A stretch of 64,000 bases of DNA from NCBI RefSeq assembly GCF_009914755.1, contig NC_060928.1. The stretch is one strand, 5' to 3'. Shown here piece by piece: positions 1-20,160 of this stretch. Positions within the stretch are counted from its first letter, which is position 1, and every line of letters starts with the position of its first letter. The position numbers and the translations under genes were made by a program. The notes beneath the pieces are model-generated. The model ran no database searches. It had not been told where the DNA came from and was given only the letters and a program-made list of their open reading frames with translations. Origin of the DNA: the human T2T-CHM13v2.0 reference genome, Homo sapiens.

Positions 1-784
1 TTGTGGTACTGTTATCTAAAAATTTGAAATTATCAAGATGTCCTTCGATTTGAGTTGGTTTTCATTTAACTATACTGTGATATATACTGTGTACACATTT
101 AAAATGTTGCTGTAGGTTGATACTTAAGGGCGTGTAAAAATATGTGAAACATTAATTACCATTAAGTGAAAAATAGATTCAGTATACAATTTTGAAAATT
201 ATATCTAGGTATGTATACATAAAGACATTAACAGTAACTTTTACTTCTTTATACTTTTTGTATTGTTTTTTTAAAAAGAATGTGTCTTTTTTTATGATCA
301 TAAGAAAATTTTTTTATTTTCAGAGACGAAAAGAGATTTAAAGGAGAAATTGTCTCCTTCCTTACCATTCTAACTCATGAACTTGGTTTGGATATGCCTA
401 CTCTTTCTTATAAAAACTTTAAAAAATAAATCAACAAATCCACGTACCATTCTGCTTCATGTTCATGACATTGTTCTAGTAGCTGTAGATATTCAGATAC
501 CATTGAGATTTCCATTTAAAAATCAAACTCAGCAGAACATAAGTTGGTTGTTTTTTTAACCCCATTTAAAATAAAATTACATAGGGACATTAAGTGCTTT
601 GTTATATATGTACCACATATGCAACACAGTTAGCATCCTTGGTGCTCATTTGAGAATCCTAATGTAAAAAAAAATTTTTAAACAATTAAAATTGGATGAC
701 ACACTTGGAAAGAGCTTTCAACATTCTAGTGTGCTGTAGCACTGCTATACTGTTGAGTCATTGTCTTACTGTTTTTTCCTTTTT

Positions 785-2360
<1,576 letters not shown>

Positions 2361-2451
2361 TTTTAATATACAAACAACAGATACTTTTGTCTTCTAAATA
2401 GATTATAACCTACTTATAGTCAAGGTATGTCTTTTGCCATCCTGTAAGTAT

Positions 2452-2796
<345 letters not shown>

Positions 2797-2863
2797 TGAA
2801 ATTAGTGGGTCATAATTGCCATTTAAGTATATATAAATATATTTATATTTATTTAAACTATTA

Positions 2864-3106
2864 CAGTCATCCCTTGGTATATGTGGGGGATTGGTTCTAG
2901 GACACCCCCAACTTGTGCCAGTATACCAAAATCCATGTATATACAAGTCCTGTAGACAGTCCTGCAGAACCTGTATGTATGAAAAGTTGGCTGTCTGTAT
3001 ATGCAAGTTTTGCATCCTATAAATACTGTATTTTCTCTCCATGCATTTGGTTGAAAAAAAAGTCATGTATAAGTGTACCCATGCCATTTAGTTCAGAAGT
3101 CAACTC
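2864..3106. mobile_element. MER8-like TcMar-Tigger MITE
   Basis: TA|CAGTCATCCCTTGGTATATGTGGGGGATTGGTTC...GTCAACT termini, ~240 bp. Confidence 0.75.
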
Positions 3107-3689
3107 TGTGTGTGTGTGTCATATATGTGTAAGTTCGTAGTATGTACTAAGGGTGAATTTTGTTTATGAAACTTCTAGGTAGCACCTAAAATATTTGGAA
3201 AGCCCTATCCCAAAATACTTAGGGAAGAACATTAAACTCTCAATTAAGTAGAGGTCAGCTGTCCAGGAAGAAGCCTTGGTTGCCTTAGAATATAGCCAAA
3301 AAATCAGAAATTTAACTTAACAGACATTTGAGTTACAAAAGTATATGTTACAGGTGAACATCCTAGTCTCTCCCTCAGAATCCCTTTAGTTTTAGACAGT
3401 TATTAAATGTGGCTGTTTTCTTTCCTGATCTATAACAAGTTAGAAAGAGTTAACTAGAAGGAAGAAGAATTCCAAAGATAGACACCATTATAGGAAGAAA
3501 ATAATTAGCAGTCTGAGAAGAGCAGGGATACTATGAAAGAACTCCTAAGATAGTAGCACAGGTAGGTTGTATAGGGGTGCAGATGCACACTTGTTATATG
3601 CCTTTAAGGGTGTAATTTTGAGGCTGTAAAGAGTGAGAAATGCACTAAACTCCTGGGCATCAGGAAAGCCAGGTTTCACATTCGTTCAT

Positions 3690-3800
3690 AACTAACAGTA
3701 CATTATGGGCCAAGTCGCTTAACCTCTCCCTCTGTCCCAGTTTCCTAATCTGTAAAATGAGGTAGATGTACTAGATGTTCTCAAAGATTCCTTCACATTC
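3690..3800 (+). mobile_element. MIR fragment
   Basis: Core ggccaagtcgcttaacctctc...cagtttcctaatctgtaaaatgag. Confidence 0.7.
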
Positions 3801-4149
3801 AGCAGTTTTCTCATTTCAGTGAATTTACAGGTAAGACTTGTTTATGATTTACAATATAAAAAGATCAGTTAGAACAAACTGGTTAGTTGGTTTACTTTTT
3901 AAAGAATAAATGAGAAATTAAAAATGTTGGATGTTTGCATCTTAAAATACTACTTTGTGTTTCTAAGTTTATCTTACTATTTTATTGTAACGATGAATTT
4001 ACCATTGAAAATATCTATAGAATTTGGCTGCTTATATACTTGGCTTTATTTCTACAGGGATGGGAGACTACTTTAATAGTGCTTAAGGCATTTTCCCATT
4101 TGTCTTTTTATTTCTCTTTGAGTGTTCTTTCACTTTTTATGTATTCTAG

Positions 4150-6130
4150 GTGGTTATCCAAATGCCAACCCAGTCCAGGTTTCAACAGCAACATTTTTTC
4201 TTTTCTTCAACGAAGAGTAGAGAATGGAGATCAGCTCTATCAATACTGTTCATTGTTAATAAAAAGTATACCTCTCAAGCAACAGCTTCAGTGGGATCCT
4301 AGCAGTCACAGTTTTCAGGGGTTTATGGACTTTGGTCTTGGAAAACTTGATGCTGATGAAACGCCACTTGCTTCAGAAACTGTTTTGTTAATGGCAGTGG
4401 GTATTTTTGGCCATTGGAGAACACCTCTTGGTTATTTTTTTGTAAACAGAGCATCTGGATATTTGCAGGCTCAGCTGCTTCGTCTGACTATTGGTAAACT
4501 GAGTGACATAGGAATCACAGTTCTGGCTGTTACATCTGATGCCACAGCACATAGTGTTCAGATGGCAAAAGCATTGGGGATACATATTGATGGAGACGAC
4601 ATGAAATGTACATTTCAGCATCCTTCATCTTCTAGTCAACAGATTGCATACTTCTTTGACTCTTGCCACTTGCTAAGATTAATAAGAAATGCATTTCAGA
4701 ATTTTCAAAGCATTCAGTTTATTAATGGTATAGCACATTGGCAGCACCTCGTGGAGTTAGTAGCACTGGAGGAACAGGAATTATCAAATATGGAAAGAAT
4801 ACCAAGTACACTTGCAAATTTGAAAAATCATGTACTGAAAGTGAATAGTGCCACCCAACTCTTTAGTGAGAGTGTAGCCAGTGCATTAGAATATTTGTTA
4901 TCCTTAGACCTGCCACCTTTTCAAAACTGTATTGGTACCATCCATTTTTTACGTTTAATTAACAATCTGTTTGACATCTTTAATAGTAGGAACTGTTATG
5001 GAAAGGGACTTAAAGGGCCTCTGTTGCCTGAAACTTACAGTAAAATAAACCACGTGTTAATTGAAGCCAAGACTATTTTTGTTACATTATCTGACACTAG
5101 CAATAATCAAATAATTAAAGGTAAGCAAAAACTAGGATTCCTGGGATTTTTGCTCAATGCTGAGAGCTTAAAATGGCTCTACCAAAATTATGTTTTCCCA
5201 AAGGTCATGCCTTTTCCTTATCTTCTGACTTACAAATTCAGTCATGATCATCTGGAATTATTTCTAAAGATGCTTAGGCAGGTATTAGTAACAAGTTCTA
5301 GCCCTACCTGCATGGCATTCCAGAAAGCTTACTATAATTTGGAGACCAGATACAAATTTCAAGATGAAGTTTTTCTAAGCAAAGTAAGCATCTTTGACAT
5401 TTCAATTGCTCGAAGGAAAGACTTGGCGCTTTGGACAGTTCAACGTCAGTATGGTGTCAGCGTTACAAAGACTGTCTTTCACGAAGAGGGTATTTGTCAA
5501 GACTGGTCTCATTGTTCACTAAGTGAGGCATTACTAGACCTGTCAGATCATAGGCGAAATCTCATCTGTTATGCTGGTTATGTTGCAAACAAGTTATCAG
5601 CTCTTTTAACTTGTGAGGACTGCATCACTGCACTGTATGCATCGGATCTCAAAGCCTCTAAAATTGGGTCACTATTATTTGTTAAAAAGAAGAATGGTTT
5701 GCATTTTCCTTCAGAAAGTCTGTGTCGGGTCATAAATATTTGTGAGCGAGTTGTAAGAACCCATTCAAGAATGGCAATTTTTGAACTAGTTTCTAAACAA
5801 AGGGAATTGTATCTTCAACAGAAAATATTATGTGAGCTTTCTGGGCATATTGATCTTTTTGTAGATGTGAATAAGCATCTCTTTGATGGAGAAGTGTGTG
5901 CCATCAATCACTTTGTCAAGTTGCTAAAGGATATAATAATCTGTTTCTTAAATATCAGAGCTAAAAATGTTGCACAGAATCCTTTAAAACATCATTCAGA
6001 GAGAACTGATATGAAAACTTTATCAAGGAAACACTGGTCATCTGTACAGGATTATAAATGTTCAAGTTTTGCTAATACCAGTAGTAAATTCAGGCATTTG
6101 CTAAGTAACGATGGATATCCATTCAAATGA
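4150..6130 (+). CDS. THAP9: THAP9 terminal coding exon (domesticated P-element transposase; approx. aa 244-903)
   Basis: Pyrimidine tract + TAG acceptor at 4148-4149. Frame G|TGG TTA TCC stays open to TGA at 6128-6130 (659 full sense codons). P-transposase motifs: VTSD (D374, 4538), FFDSCHLLRLIRN (D414 DxxH, 4658), KVNSATQLFS, NNLFDIFNS, SHDHLELF (E613, 5255), YAGYV..CxxC. Upstream exons lie outside the window. Confidence 0.97.
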
Positions 6131-7720
6131 GAGACCTAAAATATATTAACATTTTAATTAAGAATACTTGATCAACATTTTTTGAAGTTCAATTTACCAT
6201 ATTTTATAAATTGCGCATTCTGCACAGTGGACAAGTTTGCAATTCTGACTTATTAAAATTTCAAATTCTGCATATCACAAAATCTCCTTATACTTTTGGT
6301 ATGGCTTGCAGCATTTATGAGTTTTCCAAAATATAGAAAGCAGTAGGTCAGTAGGAGCAAACTAGCCAACAGGTACTGTCTTTGAATTTACTACTGTAAG
6401 ACTAAGCAGTGTTACTGGACACAGTTTTAACTTGTTCAATCTGCTTCAAAAACAAGAAAAACAACAACTATGAGTTATCAAAATATTGACTCCATTTATG
6501 ACTAGACTACATTTCTGAAAGATCTTTGGTTTATGATTCTTAAGAATATTGACAATACCTATAAAACTTTGAAGATAACTTTTACTTAAATATGAAAATT
6601 ATAGTTTGAAAATTAGGCTCAAGCAAATATCAAATACTGCAAAAATCCCCTTGTCCCAGGATACCCTAAAATAGAAGTGCTTAAACTTTGTCAGGCAGAA
6701 GGTAAAGTACATGAGCCATGAGATTCTTCCTTGTGCTGCAGCCACGCTGGGGAGTGCAATCTGGAAAGAACATACCTAATGTGTTTTTCACCATCCATTA
6801 TCTCTGAACTTTGAAATATTACTTTTGAATAATAGGCTGGACACTTAGTTTGACTTGAAAGAGCTCAATGCTCATCGGAAAACAGGGAGAAACCTAATCT
6901 GAAGATGGAAGCATACTAAGGACAATTTTCTCCACTCACATCCACATTTGAAAAGAGGGACAGAAAAACATAGGTAACTCTACTTTCACAAATGAGGATA
7001 GTTTAACGGATAGAAGAAACAAGCACATTATTCACCTGTGTTGTAAAACATCTACTCTTTTTTGTCACTGAATAAGTGTTCCCAAAGTACAGTTAATCCT
7101 AATATGAAAACTTAGAATTGTAAAAGATTAATGATAACGTAAAAGTATATTGATTAAAATTCCCCTTACAAAGTATATTTTGATGTTTGTTTATTCTACC
7201 TCAAACAGAGGCTTAAGTTTTGAAGTGTAACCAGTTTATACTTCATTTTATACAAAACTTATTGCTGAGAAGTCTGAATATTGTGCTTTTTGTTGTTTGT
7301 AAATAGAATTGAATTTAAATACACCAGGATAAATCTTATTTAAAGGAAGCCTGTTTGAAAATCACCAACTTTAACTTATTGCTTATATAAATCCAAGCTC
7401 TGTACCTGATCTTTATGTAAAGCAAGATTCATATGTGTAGTATCTAATGCCCTTTGGTGTTACATTTGACTAAAATACAAATGTCTGTATTTTAGTGTTG
7501 TGCATTATTCTTTCAAGTGCTAGGTAAATTGGAAAGAGATGGTCGATTGAGACAGTGAATATTCAAAAATTGGAAGGTCACAGATTTCTCTTAGATAAGA
7601 ATAGTCTCATCACTACATTTAGCCCAGTTAATTGCTCCTGCACTTGTGAAAGGGCTTGGAGTCTTATACCAGATACAATACACTTTACAGTGAAATAAAT
7701 TATTCATTCATATTTGATTT
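6131..7720 (+). other. THAP9: THAP9 3' UTR (3' end uncertain)
   Basis: Unique AT-rich sequence after the stop. Candidate signals are ATTAAA at 6252 and ~7153 and AATAAA at 7694-7699. Confidence 0.55.
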
Positions 7721-7867
7721 AGGGCAGTTTGGTTATAATTTTTACTTTGCATCTTGGCCATTTTTTTCTTCAGAGAAAAGCATTCCCTTTAAAAATTTAT
7801 CCTGCTTTCCAACAACTAGTGCTAGGAGAGATGGATATCCACATGCAAAAAAATTCACTCAAAATGA

Positions 7868-9380
<1,513 letters not shown>

Positions 9381-9389
9381 ACCACAAGA

Positions 9390-11690
<2,301 letters not shown>

Positions 11691-12413
11691 ATGACAGTTT
11701 TATAAAGTCCCAGTGACCTTATAATAAACATAACCCTAAACATACTTGTTTTCTTATTGCTTTTGAATAGAAACTGAGTGTCTTAAATGCTGTCACAAAA
11801 TTTGCCATTTAGAAGGAAATTTTTAATTAAAAAAAACCTTATAGCTTTCAACTCATAAAATCACATGGATTAAAAAAAAAAGCTCACCTTTGGTATACAG
11901 ATAATGACAAAATGTGCATTCAAGAAGCCCTAACAAGAAAAGCCTGAAGTAATTTACATGATGAAAATAACTCCAATAGAAAGGGATTTTTAGTTGATTG
12001 CCTTCCCTTCTGCTTTGGGTAGCCACACCAGAATTCCTATATAAAATGCTTAAGAGATACAACATGATCAAAGTTATGGCCGGAGGTCCTGCTGTGAAGC
12101 TTCATTTACATAACAAGTATTCATTTTCTTAACTATTTGTGTTACAGAACAATAAAAATAGATAACTTTTCTAAAATTATTTTTATTCACATTTTACATA
12201 AGATTGAAAAAATGTCAGTTGTTCACTACCAGAAAATGGGGAACTAATCACTCTGTTTGCTTTTGTACCTGTAACATTAAGGTTCTGTTTCCCAGACCCC
12301 AGAGATAAGACCTACAGGTTGTGTTTAGTGCTTCAGAAAAAAAGGAAACTAAGAAAGATAGCTATCATAAGAACATTTCACATTAAAAGACAGAGTAGAT
12401 TGATTTTCTAGGT

Positions 12414-12706
<293 letters not shown>

Positions 12707-12935
12707 TAAAAGAAACAGTGGGGAAAAAAAGAGAAGACATATTCTCATTTCAAAGCAATTTATGTTAGTAATAACTGAGCAAAATGATAGAATTTTTTAG
12801 TTGTGTGTTTTCAGAAGTAATGTCAAATTTACTTCAGATAATTTAAAAGGTTTTTTGCATATTAAATGGTTAATAAAGTGGTGTTATTATACTAAAGAAA
12901 AAATGCAAAACCTTTTTTACAGAATAGTATAAATG

Positions 12936-12941
12936 TTTATT
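12936..12941 (-). terminator. Candidate LIN54 poly(A) signal
   Basis: AATAAA with an upstream UGUA (~12973) and a U/GU-rich tract (ggttttgcatttttt) ~25-40 nt downstream. Confidence 0.55.
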
Positions 12942-14063
12942 TTCTGTATGATTTACTTTGCTGTCCTGTTTTTACAATATAGAAAAGTGTATTCTTTGAA
13001 TAGCTCTAGTAAATATAAATTTAATCTTTCTACTTTGGGATGTAAATAGAGCTAAAAAATTATATACCCAACCCTCCCCAAATAGTCTTTTAAAATCATT
13101 GAATTAATGTGGCTATTCATCTTGTTCAGCAATTTGATGCAAATGCCTGAATACAAAAAGTTATTTAGTAAGTACTACACAGGAAGGAAAAGGCTTAATA
13201 TTTTAGATAGATAGATTTTTGAAAATCAGAAAAACTAGTAGCATTTGATTGCACCTTGAAGTTTTTTTACAAGCAAAACATTCGTAAGCAATGCCATCAT
13301 ACATAATCTACAATTGTAATCAAAATTTCACGAACATTTTCTGCACACTGTATATAAATACACATCACAAAGGTGCAATTAGAATTAACACAGAGTATGT
13401 ACAAAATGAACAAAGTTTAAGTTTAGACCAAAAACTTATTGCAATCTTTTGAAAAATAACTTGATTATTATTTTACCCTCTTACACTAATTTACATTTAT
13501 ACAAATTTTAATTAAACATACTAGATTGAGGTGCTAAGAATGTTTGAACTATCTACATTTAAAGTTACTGCACTATGATTTTATAAATCCAAATTTAAAA
13601 GGAAGATACTTTAGTGAATAACGGAATCCTCTTTTGGATTACTTAATTTCTATTGCCTATATCTTGCATGTTCATATGAACATATATACACACTTAATAC
13701 ATACAACTATAGAGTCCTTGTAGGAAATGAAATAATCATATACTAATTACTGATGATTAAGGTACCTAACAAAATGCCTGAATTCCAACATGGTTTTTTC
13801 TTGTCATAAAATCAAGAGTCCTGTCACAACAGGCTCTTAAATTCATAGAGTTTTTGAATACTGAAAATGATTTAGGTTATTTTAGTAATTATAGGAAAAC
13901 AGACCTTCCAAATCACTGGCTGAAAATAATGCCATATTAAACTTCCCTTATAAAAAGAAATCCCACCACAATTTTGAAAATTTTGTTAGGAGGCCCATTT
14001 CTGTAAATCAAGTAAGAGTTGCGATTTGGTTTGAAACCTCTTAGTTCAAAAGTCTATAAAAAG

Positions 14064-14363
14064 GGCCTGGCACGGCGGCTTATGCCTGTAATCCCAGCAC
14101 TTTGGGAGGCCGAGGCGGGCGAATCACGAGGTCAGGAGATCGAGACCATCCTGGCTAACACGGTGAAACCCCGTCTCTACTAAAAATACAAAAAATGAGC
14201 CGGGCATGGTGGCATGCACCTGTAGTCCCAGCTACACGGGAGGCTGAGGCAGGAGAATCGCTTGAACCTGGGAGGCAGAGGCGTTGCAGTGAGCTGAGAT
14301 CTCACCATTGCACTCCAGCCTGGGCTACACAGCGAGACTCCGTCTCAAAAAAAAAAAAAAAAA
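14064..14363 (+). mobile_element. Alu (AluSc/Y-like) in LIN54 3' UTR
   Basis: Full dimer, TSD aaaagtct(a/g)taaaaa. Confidence 0.93.
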
Positions 14364-15299
14364 AGTCTGTAAAAATAATTGATTGTATAGATGAAAACTT
14401 CTCTAAATTCATCTTTTGCAGCTTCCCTATTCTTTGTTTCTCCACCCATGCCAAATTTTATACTTGATTACTATGTGAGGTTCTATATTATCACTACATA
14501 ATGTTTACTTCCATTTATATCCACCTATCATTTTAATAGTACCCAGTAATCACTTTGACAATTTATTACTTCAAATACATACCACCTCTTTGAAAGAAAA
14601 TGGAGACAGCCCAGAGCATCTGTTAGCCTTTCCTTATTATAGAAACACATTGCCCATCCTCTGAGATTTACTGTCCTTTAATATTTTATATGTTTTTTTA
14701 AATAACTTTAAAAAATTTTTAGTGTGCCTGGGGATTGTTTCCCCTTCTGACATTCCCAAAGTGACAACAGGATATTATTCCAGAATCGGCCCTAAAAGGC
14801 TGCTTTTTCTTTAAAAGATAGTCCTTTTCTAAATACAAAATGTCATTTGAATGTGTTTCATAAGAATTTGTTTATGTAACATTCTGTCTGCAGATATTCT
14901 AGATCAAGTCCCAAAGAATGGGTGCTAACCACTGCTGCTTTGGCTTTTCTATTAACAAAGTCATACAACACCATACATTATAAATTATATGAATTTATAA
15001 ACATTTTTTGTCAAAGGTATCAGAAAGAGAACATCTAATTCTTAAGAAACCCAAGCAAATTAAAAAATCTATATAATAAAGAAAAATTCAATTTAGAAGG
15101 GGCATAAGCAGATTTAACTAAGATTTAAAATGTACTAATTTCCTCATTTAAAATTTCTTCTCCTTCAGTATTATAATTTCAGGTCTTTTAAAACAAGGAC
15201 TGAATTAAAATACAGTAATTGTTTTTCTTCCAGAAAATCAAGTGTCCCTGCACCTTAAATTTTCTGTACAGTTCCATTTATCAGTCTTTTGTGCAAGAG

Positions 15300-15501
15300 T
15301 TAGCAATTCATGGCACAAGGGTCACTTTTTGCCTTTCCTGCAGAGTTGATGACACTCATCAAACATCGTCCGAATTCCTCAAGTATCATCCGTTCCGCTG
15401 CTGCCTTTGATTTTCCCTTCTTGTCTGCCTGCTCTGCCTGGGCAAGGAGGCAATTACATGTGGCTTCAGCTACTTCCTTAGTTACAAATGTAAATGGCAA
15501 T
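15300..15501 (-). CDS. LIN54: LIN54 last coding exon (202 nt; [10 protein letters not shown]...SDPCAMNC*)
   Basis: catttcAG|A acceptor and TAA stop at 15300-15302. All ten exons join in one frame. Confidence 0.96.
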
Positions 15502-16720
15502 CTGAAATGATTTTTGAAAGAGAAAGATGATGGTGGTGTTAAATAACAACAAAAGTGGATAACATTCTTTCATCTGGAAATCTCTACTGACACTTTCACA
15601 ATTCACCAGCAGGATGAGCATCACAATTTACACAGTGAGCACAAGCACATCCTAAAAAGGGCTTTAAAAAGTTAAATTTGGTTTTATTCACATATTGTAA
15701 GAATATTGTTCAGGAAATTTAACATAAAACACGTTACTTATTACCTAGGCAAGGTTATGTGGTTAACTAAAAGATAATAGTCTACACGAAGACTAGAATT
15801 TCTTTAACTAAAATCCTCCTAAATCATGAATGTACGCTCTGTAAGTTCAATTCTTATTTACTGCTGTTGCTCCAGTGCCTAGAATAGTGCATGACATAGA
15901 GACGCTACATGAATAGTTGCTGAATGAATGAATAATACTGGGAATTGACAGCACTATCTCTTCGGCAAAATGAAAAATAAAGCACTTTACCATAGTCACT
16001 GATACTGTTTGTAGAAAACATTCCAAAATTCTGCATCGTTCTAGCACAACAAAACAAAATGGCGAAACCAAATGTTCTGTACACAGAGTTGCATTCATAA
16101 AGACCTGAGCTATTGAGTATTAAATTGGAGCAACCCATCGTGAGGCTTGCTATATTTGCAGCCAACTCAAGTCTTAAAGCCTGTGACAGATTAAGTCAAG
16201 CAACATAATCTAAACCACTAACTCAACAACCTGTGAGTAAGCGGTCACTAACAGAAGTATACTAAATAATGAAGTCTGAAATTAAAGCTCACTATGGCAA
16301 GAGAGGGTAATTGAGAATTCAGGCTGCCATGCAGCTGTATAGGAATCTTTAACATACAAACAAGCACTTTAAACTAGAAAATATTAATTTAAGGTTTTGG
16401 TCACTTGAAACAAGCTTGTTAACATGCTAGCATAACTTTTTTTATACAAGTTTTTAATATGTAATTTTGATTATAATTATAATTTTATAATTTTGTTTTC
16501 ATATTGTTAACATCTTCCCAATTTTAAAAATTAATTATAAATATTTTACTGTAGCAGTATCTTTAATCTCCATGTGGAGATTAGATTCAATACTCTAAAG
16601 ACCAGAAAGAATCCCAGGTTATAAGTCTTATTAAGGTGCCTGACCACTTCCACTTTATTCAGTCAAAAACCATTTGCTGTTTATATTCCAGTCAAGAGTT
16701 CTTTAGAACTAATATCTTAA

Positions 16721-17400
<680 letters not shown>

Positions 17401-17569
17401 TAGGCATTTTAAATAATATGCCATTTGCAAGGCTCATTCCATTTAATAATTCCTCAGATTAACCTCTAACAAACTTTCTAATACCAGTCCAGTCCAGTCC
17501 AAATCACAAACTATGTTTTATCAGGTCTTGACAAACACTGGAGATATTATAGACATGCCTTATTCCTCA

Positions 17570-17700
17570 CAGCCACCTGGTATAGGCTATTTTAAGGATA
17601 AGAAAACTGAGGCTCAAAGAGATTCACAAACTACTAAGTAGCACAGATAGTATAAACTCAAGTCTACCTGACTTTAGAGGTCAGGCTTTTCTACTCCAGA
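17570..17700 (-). mobile_element. MIR fragment
   Basis: gataagaaaactgaggctcaaagag core. Confidence 0.6.
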
Positions 17701-18140
17701 GCTCAGCAGATGAAAGAGATAACAATACGGAGCTGCACTATTACAGTGTGATGGGTGGTCCAATAGGATGGGAAAAGTGCTCCAAGAAATGGAAAAGGCA
17801 AGAGAAGGTAGGAAAATGCAAAAACATAATTACACGTTCAGCGAGACATATGAACATCTGCTTTTCTTTGGGGTTCCTCAAATTACATAATTACCTCATC
17901 TTAGTAGACAGAAATTAAGCACAGTGGACTAAATCATTACTGTGCATTTTCGAACTGCACAATAATCTGACAGTGGTTTCTGTTACCTTTAAATTCCTTT
18001 ACAAGTAACTAAAGATGGAAAGAAAACACAAAAATCAGGTTTGCAACAACCAAAAATATAAACTCAACTTTGCCCCCTGAAAAGAAACTTTACCAAAAGT
18101 ATTTGGGAAATACTATAAAAAGATTAAAATACTGACTTAC

Positions 18141-18343
18141 TTTCCGCCTCCACTATTTAAAGCTGGTGTTGGCCTAGTAAGCAAGTCTGAAATTTGAGAG
18201 GATAACTTCGTCTTGGCTGCTGTTTGTTGCTGTACCCTTACTTCAGCTGCATCTGCCAAATGCATCAATGTCTTCCTTTCCGGGCTTTCTTCAAAATTCT
18301 TACAGCCAATACATTTGCATATTGAGGAACACATTATTTTTGC
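18141..18343 (-). CDS. LIN54: LIN54 exon 12 (203 nt; [16 protein letters not shown]...NSGGGK)
   Basis: tttTAG|GCA acceptor, GAA|GTAAGT-type donor; end of CXC2. Confidence 0.96.
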
Positions 18344-18689
18344 CTAAAAGATTTACATAAGAAAAGTTTCCAAATCAAAACCAAAATACATTACTATAAG
18401 TAGATGCCACAATCAAATCAACAGCTAATAGCATTACCTGGTCAACTGATAATAAGATTAGATGGAAGTATCTCTGGCTGACAAACAGTAACTACACATG
18501 TGGCTAGCTAGGTTAGGTATTCTTAAGTCTGACAGTGGCTGTACAACGTTTGTGGCTGTGTCCTTCCATGTCAGTTTTCCCCCACTATGAATATAGATTT
18601 TCTTCAGATATGAGTTACACATGTTTTTCATAAACATGAATGATATCCTAAAATATCAAAAATAAAGGTCATCCAGAATCCAGCCACCT

Positions 18690-20160
<1,471 letters not shown>

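Noticed and set aside
3935-4149. N-terminal 72 aa of the 731-aa ORF-track protein as a standalone intronless transposase
   Set aside because: It starts at TTG. The F/L/S-rich stretch is the translated polypyrimidine tract of the intron, and the true exon starts after the AG at 4148-4149.
2864-7720. THAP9 as an autonomous P element, with MER8 or MER5 as its substrates
   Set aside because: No P-type terminal inverted repeats or TSD were seen around the exon. MER8 is Tc1/mariner (TA target) and MER5 is hAT, so both are unrelated superfamilies.
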